Counted from the stretch's first letter, positions 10,941 to 22,245 are shown. The stretch: 64,000 bases of DNA from Bdellovibrio sp. (GCA_036676395.1 JAKFCY010000002.1:448001-512000), one strand, 5' to 3'. Numbers and translations are program-made. Notes: generated by a model not told the origin, from the sequence alone.

Positions 10941-11747
10941 ATGTCTGAAAAAAGCAAAGCCGAAAAGTATAATGGCTGGGATTTCACAAATAAACTTTTT
11001 TGGACCGAAGGTTGGGGCTCAATGGCTCTGGCCATCTTGGCCGCTTTAACAATTCGTTGGTTATTATTAGAAGCGTATGTGATTCCATCAGGTTCAATGC
11101 TTCCCACACTATTAGTTAATGATCATATTTTCGTAAACAAAATCACTTATGGTGTGCGTGTACCTTTTAGCGAAAACTGGTTAGTGAAATTTCGCGAACC
11201 AGAACGTGGCGAAATCGTAGTTTTTAAATATCCCGTAGATCCAAGCACATTTTTCATTAAACGAATTGTTGGTTTATCTGGTGATCGTATTAAGTTTGAT
11301 AACGGTGCTTTATTTATTAACGGTGAATTACAAGAAAAAATCGTTCCAAAAACGAATTGGAATTTCGACTGGCTTCGTGAAGAGGATTTTTCAAGTAGCG
11401 ATGGCATGTATAAAGATTCAAAATCAAATTACATCCATTTTTTCGAAGAACTTAACGACGGAAAAAGCGGTAAAATCGAACACAGTATTCTGATGAAAAA
11501 ATCGCAAGTGATGGGTTTTTCAGGTGATGGTGAATGGGTTGTGCCTGAAGATAGTTTATTTGTGATGGGTGATAACCGTTACAATTCTCATGATTCACGT
11601 TTTTGGGGTTATATGCCTAAGAAAAACATCTTAGGCCGTGCAAGTTTTGTTTGGTTAAGCTGCGACGAAATGGTGCCGTTCATTCCAGTTATTTGTAATC
11701 CTTTAACAATCCGTTGGCGCAGATTCTTCCATAATGTCACTCATTAG
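10941..11747 (+). CDS. lepB: Signal peptidase I, copy 1
   Basis: IPSGSMLPTL (catalytic Ser), FIKR (Lys), GDNRYNSHDSR. Confidence 0.95.
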   Translation: MSEKSKAEKYNGWDFTNKLFWTEGWGSMALAILAALTIRWLLLEAYVIPSGSMLPTLLVNDHIFVNKITYGVRVPFSENWLVKFREPERGEIVVFKYPVDPSTFFIKRIVGLSGDRIKFDNGALFINGELQEKIVPKTNWNFDWLREEDFSSSDGMYKDSKSNYIHFFEELNDGKSGKIEHSILMKKSQVMGFSGDGEWVVPEDSLFVMGDNRYNSHDSRFWGYMPKKNILGRASFVWLSCDEMVPFIPVICNPLTIRWRRFFHNVTH

Positions 11748-12471
11748 GCCTAAAAAAGGCCAGCAAGGTCGCTGGCCCAATGCGCTTTTACTGTTCTTTT
11801 TACCTCTGATTTTATTTTTTTCATTTCGTTGGCTCGTGCTTGAGACGTTTGTAATTCCGTCTGAAAGCATGGTGCCGAATTTATTAATTCATGATCACAT
11901 TTTGGTGCAAAAGTATGTTTACGGTTTAAAGCCCCTCATGGGCGATGGCTGGCTGATTAATTGGTCAGAACCTAAACGTGGTGAAGTCGTGGTTTTTCGC
12001 TATCCAGATAATCGGGATGTCTTTTTTATTAAACGCTTAGTGGGTTTACCGGGTGATAAAATCGAAATTAACGGTATGAATGTCAAAGTTAACGGCGAAC
12101 TTTTAGATCTAAAAACTGTCGATAAACCTGAAAAAGAAATTACTTTTCGCGTCGCTTTCCAGCCTCCGGCAGAATATTACCGCGAAACTTTAGACGATCA
12201 TACTCACTTTGTGCGTTTTGAAGGTGAAGCCGCTTCCGCTATAGAATTACAGCCGAAAACTTTCGAAGTCGGTAAAGATAGCTATTTTGTGATGGGCGAT
12301 AATCGTTACAATTCGCAAGATTCTCGTTTTTGGGGCAATTTACCTAAAGATTTGTTGGTGGGGCGTGCGCGCTATATCTGGTTTAGCTGCGAAAAGATGT
12401 TAGAAGCGGCACCTTATATTTGTGATCCGTTAAGCTTGCGTCTTGAGCGATTATTCAAGACAATAAATTAA
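11734..12471 (+). CDS. lepB: Signal peptidase I, copy 2
   Basis: IPSESMVPNL, FIKR, GDNRYNSQDSR. Confidence 0.92.
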   Translation: MSLIRPKKGQQGRWPNALLLFFLPLILFFSFRWLVLETFVIPSESMVPNLLIHDHILVQKYVYGLKPLMGDGWLINWSEPKRGEVVVFRYPDNRDVFFIKRLVGLPGDKIEINGMNVKVNGELLDLKTVDKPEKEITFRVAFQPPAEYYRETLDDHTHFVRFEGEAASAIELQPKTFEVGKDSYFVMGDNRYNSQDSRFWGNLPKDLLVGRARYIWFSCEKMLEAAPYICDPLSLRLERLFKTIN

Positions 12472-13104
12472 ATGAATAAAAAAATGTCGACTTTTTCATG
12501 GATCATCGGGGCTATCATTTTAGCTATCTTTTTGCGTGTGGTTTTCATCGGTGTTTTCAAAGTTCCAACAATCACGATGGCGCCGACCTTGTTAGCTGGT
12601 GATTTTATTATTTCAAATAAGTTAGCTTACGGTATAAAAGAAAAAAAACCTGAACGTGGTGACGTGATTGTTTTTACCCGTACTGAAAAGCTTGGGCAGT
12701 ATTTTATTAAACGGGTTGTGGGTATACCGGGAGATGTAGTTTCCATTGGAGCCGGCGAACTTTCGGTAAACGGCGAAAAGTGTAGTTATACGTCTGAACA
12801 AAAGATCGAAAACTTCGAAATTTTCAAAGAAACTTGTTTAAATTCTGAGCGTCGTATTTTGCGAGCCCTCACTGGCCAGTTAAAAACTCCCGATATGGCG
12901 ACGGTTACCTTAAAAGAGGGTGAATTTTTTGTTTTGGGTGATAATCGCGATGCCAGCGAAGACTCTAGAGATTGGGGGCCGATCGGCTCTGATCAAGTTT
13001 CTGGCAAGGCTCAGTTGATCTGGCTTTCGGTGGGTTCAACGCAAGACTCCATTTCTCAAGAAAAAGGGCTTAGACTCAGTCGTTTTTTGACAACGATTCA
13101 CTAA
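12472..13104 (+). CDS. lepB: Signal peptidase I-like protein, copy 3 (catalytic Ser replaced by Thr)
   Basis: VPTITMAPTL in place of IPSGSM; FIKR and GDNRDASEDSR retained. Confidence 0.85.
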   Translation: MNKKMSTFSWIIGAIILAIFLRVVFIGVFKVPTITMAPTLLAGDFIISNKLAYGIKEKKPERGDVIVFTRTEKLGQYFIKRVVGIPGDVVSIGAGELSVNGEKCSYTSEQKIENFEIFKETCLNSERRILRALTGQLKTPDMATVTLKEGEFFVLGDNRDASEDSRDWGPIGSDQVSGKAQLIWLSVGSTQDSISQEKGLRLSRFLTTIH

Positions 13105-13116
13105 ATTTGTTACCGT
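13087..13116 (+). promoter_or_regulatory. Putative sigma70 promoter of pyrB, probably leaderless transcript
   Basis: TTGACA-N18-TACCGT ending 8 nt before the ATG; no SD sequence. Confidence 0.45.
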
Positions 13117-13124
13117 AAATTTCA

Positions 13125-14051
13125 ATGTCTACGAGCTCGCCAAAAAACATTATCCGCTCTGTCATTGATCTGAAGTCAGCAACATCCACTGAAATTTACT
13201 CTCTATTTGAATCAGCCATGAAATTGAAAAACGATTTCTCGGCAGTCAAAGATATTCCGCAAAAAGGAATTGCTGCACTTTTATTTTTTGAACCCAGCAC
13301 GCGCACAAGGTTCAGCTTCGAAGCGGCTTGTGCAAGATCCGGTGTTTACCCGTTGGTCTTAAGCGGCTCTGTGGGTACCAGTCTTGAAAAAGACGAAACA
13401 CTAGAAGACACGGTTTTGAATATAGAGGCTATGAAGCCTCTTTTTTTTGTAATCCGCGCTCCTGACAGTTTAGATCTTCGCCAGATGGCCGAAAACATCC
13501 ACACGCCGATTATCAATGCTGGTTGGGGTAAGCAAGGTCATCCGACTCAGTCTTTGCTTGATATGTTAACGGTTTATGAAAACTTCAAAGGCGTCGAAGG
13601 TAAAAAAATTCTTTTCGTCGGAGATGTTAAGCATTCTCGCGTAGTTAGCTCGCACCTAGAACTTGCAAAAATTCTGGGTTATAAAATTGGTTATGCTTGC
13701 CCAGCAAGCTTTCTACCCGAATCTTTAGATCGCGAAGTCATGTACTTTAGCCAACTTAAAGACGGTATGCAGTGGGCAGATGCGGTTGTTGCCCTAAGAG
13801 TTCAAAAAGAACGTCATCAGAACACTAAATTTTCAGTTGAAGAATACAGAAAACAATTCAGCATTAATAACTCTACGCTTGAGTATTTTCGAGCAGATGG
13901 TTTATTAATGCATCCAGGACCCATCAATTACGGTATTGAATTGGAAAAAGAAGTGTTACAAGATTCACGTTCGCAAGTATTAAAATTAGTTGAAAATGGA
14001 GCCTTCATCCGTGAAGCGCTTATTCGTCAAGTTTTACAGAGGATTTCATAA
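13125..14051 (+). CDS. pyrB: Aspartate carbamoyltransferase catalytic subunit
   Basis: FFEPSTRTRFSF, HPTQ, RVQKER, MHPGP. Confidence 0.96.
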   Translation: MSTSSPKNIIRSVIDLKSATSTEIYSLFESAMKLKNDFSAVKDIPQKGIAALLFFEPSTRTRFSFEAACARSGVYPLVLSGSVGTSLEKDETLEDTVLNIEAMKPLFFVIRAPDSLDLRQMAENIHTPIINAGWGKQGHPTQSLLDMLTVYENFKGVEGKKILFVGDVKHSRVVSSHLELAKILGYKIGYACPASFLPESLDREVMYFSQLKDGMQWADAVVALRVQKERHQNTKFSVEEYRKQFSINNSTLEYFRADGLLMHPGPINYGIELEKEVLQDSRSQVLKLVENGAFIREALIRQVLQRIS

Positions 14052-15163
14052 TGCTAAACAGATATTTAGTTTTAGAAGATGGAAAAGTTTTCAGCGGTGA
14101 AGCCTTAGCTGCACAAAAAGAATTCCCTGAAATGGCAGGAGAAGTTGTTTTCAATACCACTCACTCAGGTTACGAAGAAATTGCGACAGATCCATCCTAC
14201 ATGAATCAAATCATCGTCATGACTGCACCTATGCAAGGGAACTACGGGGTTGATGACACGGTTTGGGAATCTAAAAAAATCTGGATCAAAGGTTTTGTTT
14301 GCCTACAAATGCAATATAGCAAGGGCAATTCATCTTGGGCGCAACGCCTGATGGATCATCAAGTTCCAATCTTAACTGAAGTTGATACCAGAAAATTAGT
14401 GATCGAATTACGCCAGCAAGGCACTCCTTGGGGAGCACTTGTGCAAGCGGCTAATGAATCAGCGGCTCGTGAGCGCGCCAACACTTTAATTACAAAAGCT
14501 AAACAAGTCGATAATGACTGGGTTTGGGAAGCTTCTCGTAAAGAAGCGCAAGAAATTATCGGCGATAATTTAAATGGTCCGCGTGTAGCGGTTTTAGATT
14601 TCGGAGCCAAAGAAAATATTTTACGTGAATTAAAAAAGCGCTGCAGCCACTTAAAAGTTTTTCCATCACGCGCTGATGCTAAAACGATTGAAGCTTATAA
14701 GCCAGATGGCCTTATGTTAACGAATGGTCCGGGTGATCCAGCAGAAGTAAAACAAGCACCAGAAACAATTCGCCATTTTATCGGAAAACTTCCGGTGTTT
14801 GGAATTTGCATGGGGCACCAAGTTTTATCTATCGCTTTGGGAGCAAAAACTTACAAACTTAAATTCGGGCATCGCGGGGCTAATCATCCAATTCAAGATC
14901 GCATTTTAGATTCAATCTACATGTCGAGCCAAAATCACGGTTACGCCGTCGACATGAAAACTCTTCCAGAACATGTTTTAGTAACACATGTAAATTTAAA
15001 CGATCAAACAGTCGCCGGATTTTTCTCAGAAAAACAAAATTGTCTTGGTATTCAATATCATCCAGAAAGTCATCCCGGCCCACATGATGCCGTTAAGTTA
15101 TTTGATTTCTTTGTGAATAAAATGATCCAAAAAAAGGAAAAATCCACCCATGCTCACCATTGA
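14051..15163 (+). CDS. carA: Carbamoyl-phosphate synthase small subunit
   Basis: GEVVFNT, TDPSY, NGPGDP, GICMGHQ, QYHPE. Confidence 0.97.
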   Translation: MLNRYLVLEDGKVFSGEALAAQKEFPEMAGEVVFNTTHSGYEEIATDPSYMNQIIVMTAPMQGNYGVDDTVWESKKIWIKGFVCLQMQYSKGNSSWAQRLMDHQVPILTEVDTRKLVIELRQQGTPWGALVQAANESAARERANTLITKAKQVDNDWVWEASRKEAQEIIGDNLNGPRVAVLDFGAKENILRELKKRCSHLKVFPSRADAKTIEAYKPDGLMLTNGPGDPAEVKQAPETIRHFIGKLPVFGICMGHQVLSIALGAKTYKLKFGHRGANHPIQDRILDSIYMSSQNHGYAVDMKTLPEHVLVTHVNLNDQTVAGFFSEKQNCLGIQYHPESHPGPHDAVKLFDFFVNKMIQKKEKSTHAHH

Positions 15164-15806
15164 ACTATTTGAGAGCTCATACAATAAATTAGTCGGGCAA
15201 TTTGCTTCTGCTAAATTCCAAGACGAGCTCAACATGGCTCGTAAAGAGTTTTTTGAAAATGCCGGCACGTTGGATGAAAATAAACCCAACTACAGTTTAA
15301 GAATGAATCAGTTTTATGACTGGTACTTTTTAACTCGGCCGCTAAAGGGCCATATGCAAACTCCGCTTATGGTTTGCAGCATTCAGCGTGAACTGCGCTT
15401 AACTGAAGAAGACGAACAAGTGATCGAGATTCTTAAAAAAGCCCGCCATTCATTATTTGAAATTGTTAAAGTAAAAAAAGATGAAATCACTTTAAAAGAT
15501 TTATTCAAAAACGAAAAAGTGACGGTGAATGCCGACCAACATATTTTTGAATTCGACGAAAAAGAAATTTTTGAAGCCCGCATTGTTGAAATTGGCGGAA
15601 AAAAATTTTTCTTAAAAGGTTTCTGCTTTCACCCAGAATCAGCACAAAAATTTATTTTGTCTGAAGTGAAGGTGTACCAAAAAAATCCAGATTTAGATCC
15701 GTCTGATTTTATGCTTCGTTTGGTTAAAATGCGTTACAAGTTTGAACAGTACCGTCATGTAAAACCAGACATGATTTACACGAACGATAACAAATTAGGA
15801 TTGTAA
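15150..15806 (+). CDS. Hypothetical protein between carA and carB
   Basis: 218-aa ORF overlapping the carA end; no motif recognised. Confidence 0.75.
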   Translation: MLTIELFESSYNKLVGQFASAKFQDELNMARKEFFENAGTLDENKPNYSLRMNQFYDWYFLTRPLKGHMQTPLMVCSIQRELRLTEEDEQVIEILKKARHSLFEIVKVKKDEITLKDLFKNEKVTVNADQHIFEFDEKEIFEARIVEIGGKKFFLKGFCFHPESAQKFILSEVKVYQKNPDLDPSDFMLRLVKMRYKFEQYRHVKPDMIYTNDNKLGL

Positions 15807-15844
15807 GCAAATTATGCGTGTCATAGACACGACAGGAGTTAACG

Positions 15845-18800
15845 GTGCCTCGTTTAGAAAAGTTTAAAAGAGTTTTGATCATCGGTAGCGGTCCAATTAA
15901 AATTGGCCAAGCTTGTGAGTTCGATTATTCAGGAACTCAAGCCTGTAAAGCTTTAATGGCTGAAGGTTTAGAAGTCATTCTGGTAAACTCGAATCCAGCA
16001 ACAATCATGACCGACCCAGATATTGCTACTCGCACTTACGTTGAACCTCTTGAGCCTGAATTCTTAGAAAAAATTCTCGCCATCGAAAAACCAGACGCAG
16101 TTATTCCAACACTAGGTGGCCAAACAGCTCTGAATTTAGCACTGGCTTTAGATAAAATGGGAATTCTAAAGAAGCATAACGTTCAGCTTCTAGGTGCAAC
16201 TCCAGAAGTGATCGAAGCTGCCGAAGATCGCGAAAAATTTCGTGCGATCCTTGATGAAGTGGGCGCAAAATACCCAAAATCTGAAATGGTTAAAAATTTC
16301 GAACAGGGTTTAGCAGCAGCTGATGTTTTAGGTTACCCTTTAATTCTTCGTCCAAATTACACTTTAGGCGGCGGTGGCGGCGGGGTCGCGTATTCGCCAG
16401 AAGAGTACAAACAAATGTTAGTGCAAGCTCTTCATGAAAGTCCAACCTCAGAAGTTTTGGTTGAAGAATCAATCTTAGGCTGGAAAGAATTCGAATTAGA
16501 AGTGATGCGCGATTCAAACGGCACTTTCGTTGTCGTCTGTTCAATTGAAAATATAGACCCTTGCGGAGTCCACACGGGTGATTCAATCACCGTGGCCCCG
16601 CAACAAACTTTATCTGATCGCGAATACCAAGCGATGCGTGACGAAGCCTGCAAGATTATTAACAGAGTTGGTATTCAAACCGGCGGCGCCAATGTTCAGT
16701 TTGCAACACACCCAAAAACTGGTGAGCGCGTAGTTATTGAAATGAATCCACGCGTATCGCGCTCTTCAGCTTTAGCCAGCAAAGCGACAGGCTTTCCGAT
16801 CGCAAAAATTGCAGCCTTGCTTGCAATTGGTTACCAATTACACGAATTAAAAAATGATATCACACAAGTAACACCAACATGTTACGAACCAGCGTTAGAT
16901 TACGTTGTAACTAAAATTCCACGTTTTGCTTTCGAAAAGTTTCAGGGTTCAAAAGATATTCTAACGACACAAATGAAATCTGTCGGCGAAGTGATGGCCA
17001 TCGGCCGCACTTTCCAAGAATCATTTATGAAAGCCTTAGCCGCGTTAGAAAAAAATAACGAAGCCATTCCAGATGTAGCTTTTGATTTAGAAAAAGTTTC
17101 GTACCCGAACTCTCAAAGAATCTGGCATATCTTTCAAGGATTTCGCCATAATTTAGGCTTAAATATGATCTGGGAGCTCACTCAAATTACACCATGGTTT
17201 TTAGAGCAAATTGAAACCATCGTTAAATTTGAAGCTACTTTTAAAAACTCAGAATTATCGACAGAGCTTTTATTAAAAGCCAAACGTTTAGGTTTTACAG
17301 ATGCACGTTTAGCAAAACTAAAAGATTTCTCTACTGCAAACTTAAAAAATATTCGTCATAAATTCGGGATTCGCCCAGCATTTTTCCAGGTCGATACTTG
17401 TGCCGGTGAATTTGCTTCATCAACTCCATATTACTATTCAACCTACTGGAGTAAACCCGAAGGCAGCATCGCTTTACCTAAAACGATAGCTGTGATTGGC
17501 AGCGGTCCAAATCGCATTGGCCAAGGCATCGAATTTGATTATTCATGTGTGCGCGGGGTAAAAGCCTTACAAAAATTAGGCTATAAAGTGGCTATGCTTA
17601 ATTCAAATCCTGAAACCGTATCAACAGATTACGACACTTCAGATTTATTATTTTTTGAACCATTAACTTTAGAACACTTAACCGAAGTGTTTAATGTGAT
17701 TAAGCCTGAAGGCTTCATCGCGCAATTAGGTGGACAAACTCCGATTAACTTAGCGCGCCCTTTAACTGAAGAAGGTTTTAAATTATTAGGCTCTTCGTTA
17801 ACTTCGATTGATTTAGCTGAAGACCGCAAAAAATTCGCTGAAGCCTGCCGTGAATTAAATTTATCAATTCCAAATTCAGCCATGGCTGGAAACATCGGCG
17901 AAGCTTTACAAAAAGAAGCTGAAGTCGGTTACCCAATGATTTGCCGTCCAAGTTACGTCATCGGTGGCCGCCGTATGGAGGTTATCGAAAGCCGTTCTGA
18001 ATTAGAATCTTACTTTGAACGTCATAAAGATTTCATCGGCGGAAAAAATCCATGTTTAATGGATCAATTCTTATCAGGAGCCCTAGAAGTCGACGTTGAT
18101 TTAGTGCGTGGTAAAAACTGGATCTTAAGTGGCGGTATCATCGAACATATCGAACAAGCTGGGGTTCACTCAGGCGACAGTATGGGTGTTGTCCCTCCAC
18201 AACGTTTAAAAGAAGAAACATTAGAAAAAATCGAAAAGTTAAGTTTTCAGTTAGCGCATAAATTAAATGTTGAAGGACACTTAAACTTACAATTAGCGAT
18301 TAAAAACGATGTGATTTATGTTCTGGAAGCTAATCCAAGAAGCTCGCGTTCGGTTCCATTCTTAGCTAAGGCTACAGGTATTCCACTTGTTGATTTAGGT
18401 ATGAAAGGCCAACTTGGCTTAGAATTAACTCCTCAAGAGCAAGCTTACGACTGGAAAAAGATCAAACAGGTCTGCGTAAAGGGCGTTGTGTTTCCGTTTA
18501 AAAAATTCCAAGAATCAGATTCAGTGCTTGGCCCTGAAATGAAATCAACGGGCGAATCAATGGGCAGAGCTGATACTTATCCTGAAGCACTAGTAAAAGC
18601 TTTCGTATCAAGTTCACTGGCATTGCCAAAATCGGGCGAAGTGTTCTTGTCATTACGTGATAAAGACAAAGAGCCAATGCTTCCGCTTTTAAGTAATTTG
18701 CAAAAAATGGGATTTACTTTTTCTGGAACACGCGGAACTTCTGAATTTTTAAAAGAAAACGGCGTTCACTGTTTAAGTTTAAATAAAGTTCACGAGGGTC

Positions 18801-19018
18801 GTCCACACTGTGTCGATCGCATTCGTTCTGGTCAGGTGCACTTTGTTATTAATACAACGGCAGGTCGTCATGCTCTTGAAGCCAGTTTTGCGATTCGCCG
18901 CGCATGTACTGATTACAGTATCCCATGTTTGACGGAAAGCGATGCGGCCGAGGCTTTTGTCCTAGCCCTAGAAAAAGCAAAGACTGGACGATTCGAGGTT
19001 AGTCATTTAAGCTTTTAG
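15845..19018 (+). CDS. carB: Carbamoyl-phosphate synthase large subunit
   Basis: [10 protein letters not shown], duplicated ATP-grasp halves, GVHSGDS, C-terminal MGS domain. Confidence 0.98.
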   Translation: MPRLEKFKRVLIIGSGPIKIGQACEFDYSGTQACKALMAEGLEVILVNSNPATIMTDPDIATRTYVEPLEPEFLEKILAIEKPDAVIPTLGGQTALNLALALDKMGILKKHNVQLLGATPEVIEAAEDREKFRAILDEVGAKYPKSEMVKNFEQGLAAADVLGYPLILRPNYTLGGGGGGVAYSPEEYKQMLVQALHESPTSEVLVEESILGWKEFELEVMRDSNGTFVVVCSIENIDPCGVHTGDSITVAPQQTLSDREYQAMRDEACKIINRVGIQTGGANVQFATHPKTGERVVIEMNPRVSRSSALASKATGFPIAKIAALLAIGYQLHELKNDITQVTPTCYEPALDYVVTKIPRFAFEKFQGSKDILTTQMKSVGEVMAIGRTFQESFMKALAALEKNNEAIPDVAFDLEKVSYPNSQRIWHIFQGFRHNLGLNMIWELTQITPWFLEQIETIVKFEATFKNSELSTELLLKAKRLGFTDARLAKLKDFSTANLKNIRHKFGIRPAFFQVDTCAGEFASSTPYYYSTYWSKPEGSIALPKTIAVIGSGPNRIGQGIEFDYSCVRGVKALQKLGYKVAMLNSNPETVSTDYDTSDLLFFEPLTLEHLTEVFNVIKPEGFIAQLGGQTPINLARPLTEEGFKLLGSSLTSIDLAEDRKKFAEACRELNLSIPNSAMAGNIGEALQKEAEVGYPMICRPSYVIGGRRMEVIESRSELESYFERHKDFIGGKNPCLMDQFLSGALEVDVDLVRGKNWILSGGIIEHIEQAGVHSGDSMGVVPPQRLKEETLEKIEKLSFQLAHKLNVEGHLNLQLAIKNDVIYVLEANPRSSRSVPFLAKATGIPLVDLGMKGQLGLELTPQEQAYDWKKIKQVCVKGVVFPFKKFQESDSVLGPEMKSTGESMGRADTYPEALVKAFVSSSLALPKSGEVFLSLRDKDKEPMLPLLSNLQKMGFTFSGTRGTSEFLKENGVHCLSLNKVHEGRPHCVDRIRSGQVHFVINTTAGRHALEASFAIRRACTDYSIPCLTESDAAEAFVLALEKAKTGRFEVSHLSF

Positions 19019-19023
19019 GCTAG

Positions 19024-19908
19024 ATGACTACATTTAAAAGTTTAGTTTTATTTTCTATATTATTTTGCCAGTTATTTCTCGGTGCTTCGGTTTTTGCCGC
19101 CGAGGCAGCGCCTAAATCTATCACGCTTGGTTTAATTCCAGGCGGGCATCCCGAAGCAATTAAAACCGAATCTAAAATCATTGCCGAACAGCTGCAAAAA
19201 AAGTTTAATGTTCCAGTTAATATCTATATCTCTAAAAATTACGCAGGCCTTGCGACCGCTTTAAAAAATAAAAAAGTCGATTACGCTTTTTTATCGGCAT
19301 TAAGCTTAGTTGAAGCTGAAAAACAAGTGCCCGTAAAAGTACTACTTAAAAAAACCTACAATGGACCATATTATTTTTCGGGTTTAGTCGTGCGTGCCGA
19401 TAGTAAAATCAAATCAATCAAAGACTTAAAAGATAAATCGATTATCTACGTTGATCCGCAATCTACTTCTGGCTATTTATACCCACAGGTTTATTTACGT
19501 AAGAACAATATCACCGATGCAAATTTTAAATCCGTTAGTTTTTCTGGAAGCCATAAGGCTTCTGTCGAAAAACTAGAAAACAAAGAAGCTGATATTGCGG
19601 CCGTATTTGTGGATGACGAAAAAACGAACGACGGAGCTTGGGAAAGATTCAAAAAAAATCCAAAAACTAAATTTCGTCTGCTATGGGTGAGTGATCCGAT
19701 TCCGAATGATCCGATCGTCGTCCGTCAGGATTTTTATGATCAATACCCGAAATTAACCCATGAATTAATGTATGAATTAATTGAAATGCAAAGCGATGCA
19801 GGCACAAAAAAGCTGATCTCTGAAGTGATGGGTAAGGGTGAGCTCATGCCAGCTACTTCAAAACAGTACGACCCCGTTCGCGAAGTTAATAAGGTGTTTA
19901 ATAAATAA
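19024..19908 (+). CDS. Phosphate/phosphite/phosphonate ABC substrate-binding protein (PhnD-like)
   Basis: Signal peptide; DPQSTSGYLYP, GSH, PIPNDP motifs. Confidence 0.85.
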   Translation: MTTFKSLVLFSILFCQLFLGASVFAAEAAPKSITLGLIPGGHPEAIKTESKIIAEQLQKKFNVPVNIYISKNYAGLATALKNKKVDYAFLSALSLVEAEKQVPVKVLLKKTYNGPYYFSGLVVRADSKIKSIKDLKDKSIIYVDPQSTSGYLYPQVYLRKNNITDANFKSVSFSGSHKASVEKLENKEADIAAVFVDDEKTNDGAWERFKKNPKTKFRLLWVSDPIPNDPIVVRQDFYDQYPKLTHELMYELIEMQSDAGTKKLISEVMGKGELMPATSKQYDPVREVNKVFNK

Positions 19909-19909
19909 T

Positions 19910-20656
19910 ATGAATATTATTAAAGTCAGTGGCATTCAGAAATCATTTCAGCCAGATTTCTACAAAAAACCAACCCAGGTTTTAAAGAATGTGTCGTTTA
20001 CCATTCCTAAAGGTAAATTTGTGGGCCTGATCGGTCCTAATGGCGCCGGTAAAACCACATCGATTAAGTGTTTATTGCAGTTTATTTTTCCCGATAGCGG
20101 AACGATTGAATTCGGCGAAAATCAAAGCTTTTTAGAATTTAAAAAGCTAATTGGTTATTTGCCTGAGCGCCCATTTTTTCAAGAATTTTTATCAGGCGAA
20201 GAATTTTTAAGACTTCACTGGGATTTATCCGGCACTAAAAAAGATAATTTCAAGCATCGCGCCGCCGAAGTTCTAGAATTAGTAAAACTTACGCATGCTA
20301 AAGATAAAAAATTAAAAGATTATTCAAAAGGAATGTTACAACGGATCGGGATTGCGCAAGCTCTGATCGCGTTTCCTGAATTTTTAATTTTGGATGAGCC
20401 CATGTCAGGTTTAGACCCTGATGGCCGTATTTTAATTAAAGATATTCTTAAAGATTTAAAAAAAACCAACATCACTGTATTAATGAGTAGCCATTTATTG
20501 GAAGATATCGATGAACTGTGCGAAGAGCTTATTGTTATTCATGAAGGTGAATGTTTTTACAATGCATCGACAGCAGAATTTAAAAAGAACTACAGTACCT
20601 TACAAGAGGCCTACAAGGCTTTTAAAGGTCAATTTCAGGCGAATTACAACGTATGA
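19910..20656 (+). CDS. ABC transporter ATP-binding protein (PilH-like, pilus-associated)
   Basis: GPNGAGKTT, YSKGMLQRIGIAQAL, LDEPMSGLDP; likely ATG at 19910. Confidence 0.9.
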   Translation: MNIIKVSGIQKSFQPDFYKKPTQVLKNVSFTIPKGKFVGLIGPNGAGKTTSIKCLLQFIFPDSGTIEFGENQSFLEFKKLIGYLPERPFFQEFLSGEEFLRLHWDLSGTKKDNFKHRAAEVLELVKLTHAKDKKLKDYSKGMLQRIGIAQALIAFPEFLILDEPMSGLDPDGRILIKDILKDLKKTNITVLMSSHLLEDIDELCEELIVIHEGECFYNASTAEFKKNYSTLQEAYKAFKGQFQANYNV

Positions 20657-21411
20657 TCAGATTAATATGGGTCAACACGCAAGAGTGGTTTCGTCTTAAG
20701 TTTTTCCAGATTGTGTTATTTTTATCATTTTTATTTGTTTGTTTTAGTCAGCTTCTGGGGTCACTTAGTTTTACCGAACAACAGCGTTTAGTCGTCGATT
20801 TTGGTTTAGCCGGAATCGAAATCGCACTTATTTTCATTGCCTGTTTTTTCTCAACTCATTCCTTGGCCAAAGAAATTGAGCGTAAAACTATTCTCGTGGT
20901 GTTGGCGCGTCCTATTCAGCGTTGGAAAATTATCATCGGATTTTTTGGTAGCTTAGCTATTTTAAATTTAATCGCGGCGATTGTTTTAAGTGCGACGTTA
21001 TATATGTTTATTAAAAGCACCGGCCCTATGTTTATGATTAATTACATTTTAGCTATTGGCTTTATTTATTTAAAGTCATTAGTGATTGGCTCTATTGGTC
21101 TTTGTATCAGCGTGATCGCACGTCCAATGTTTGCTTTCGTATTAACATTCACAATGTGGCTAATGAGTTATTCAATCATCGAAGTGCAATTTTTTATGGA
21201 AAAAGCCCAGATTGAAAACAGCAAACAAATTTTCACTGTTCTAAGCACTATATTTCCACAATTTTATAAATTTAACTGGAAAAGTTATGGTTTTTTAAGA
21301 GCTATTGTTAATCCATATGATGTGAGCTGGGCATTACTACATAGTGCCGGTTGGATTTTGCTCTGTCTGTATATAGCGGCGATGCTATTTAGAAAGAAAG
21401 AAATTGTCTGA
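20653..21411 (+). CDS. ABC transporter permease (PilI-like)
   Basis: About 6 TM segments; EIERKTI...LARPI motif; overlaps the ATPase gene, precedes pilD. Confidence 0.85.
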   Translation: MIRLIWVNTQEWFRLKFFQIVLFLSFLFVCFSQLLGSLSFTEQQRLVVDFGLAGIEIALIFIACFFSTHSLAKEIERKTILVVLARPIQRWKIIIGFFGSLAILNLIAAIVLSATLYMFIKSTGPMFMINYILAIGFIYLKSLVIGSIGLCISVIARPMFAFVLTFTMWLMSYSIIEVQFFMEKAQIENSKQIFTVLSTIFPQFYKFNWKSYGFLRAIVNPYDVSWALLHSAGWILLCLYIAAMLFRKKEIV

Positions 21412-22189
21412 TTTAATGCCTTTTTTCTATTTCGTAGTGTTTTTGTTCGGAGCTTGTTTTGGCAGCTTCGGTAACGTTCTGATTTATCGCATGCCTACAG
21501 GTGAAAAAATCACCGGACGCAGCCACTGCAAAGAGTGTGGTAAAACAGTTGCCTGGTATCACAACATTCCAATGCTTTCTTATTTTTTATTAAAAGGCCA
21601 ATGTGCCAATTGCAAAGCTAAATTCTCAATTCGTTATCCGTTCGTAGAATTTTTGATGGCCACGTTATGGTTAGTTGTTTTTCATCTTTATGGTGTTAGC
21701 TGGTTAACGTTAGAATACTTTATTTTAGTTTTCGGCTTAGTTGTTGGCAGTTTTATTGATTTAGATCATATGATTTTACCTGATGAAATCACTTTGGGCG
21801 GCTGTGCTTTGGCACTTATCGGGGCAGCTATTAATCCCGAGAGAGACTTTTTGGAATCTTTTTTAGGATTTTTATTCGGCGGCGGCGTTTTATGGTTAGT
21901 CGCTTATGTTTATTTTGTTTTCACCGGGCGCGAAGGCTTAGGCGGCGGCGACATAAAACTTTTAGCCTGGATTGGCGCTCTATTGGGATGGCGTGCGATT
22001 CCATTTGTGATTTTGTCTTCATCAATTACCGGCAGTATTATTGGTCTTTATGTTTCACGCCACAGTGAAGATAAATTAAAAGCTGTTATCCCATTCGGCC
22101 CATTCATCGCCTTAGGGGCAATATTATATATTTTAGGACTTAAGTCGGTGGGTAATTGGTATATAGATTTGTTTTTCCCACAGTTTTAA
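21404..22189 (+). CDS. pilD: Type IV prepilin peptidase / N-methyltransferase
   Basis: GSFGNVLIYR, two CxxC, IDL, GGGDIKL, PFGPF. Confidence 0.95.
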   Translation: MSDLMPFFYFVVFLFGACFGSFGNVLIYRMPTGEKITGRSHCKECGKTVAWYHNIPMLSYFLLKGQCANCKAKFSIRYPFVEFLMATLWLVVFHLYGVSWLTLEYFILVFGLVVGSFIDLDHMILPDEITLGGCALALIGAAINPERDFLESFLGFLFGGGVLWLVAYVYFVFTGREGLGGGDIKLLAWIGALLGWRAIPFVILSSSITGSIIGLYVSRHSEDKLKAVIPFGPFIALGAILYILGLKSVGNWYIDLFFPQF

Positions 22190-22245
22190 TAATAACTAAC
22201 ACTGCAGAAAACACCTAGACCCGACCTCTAGAACGTGTTCAAACT

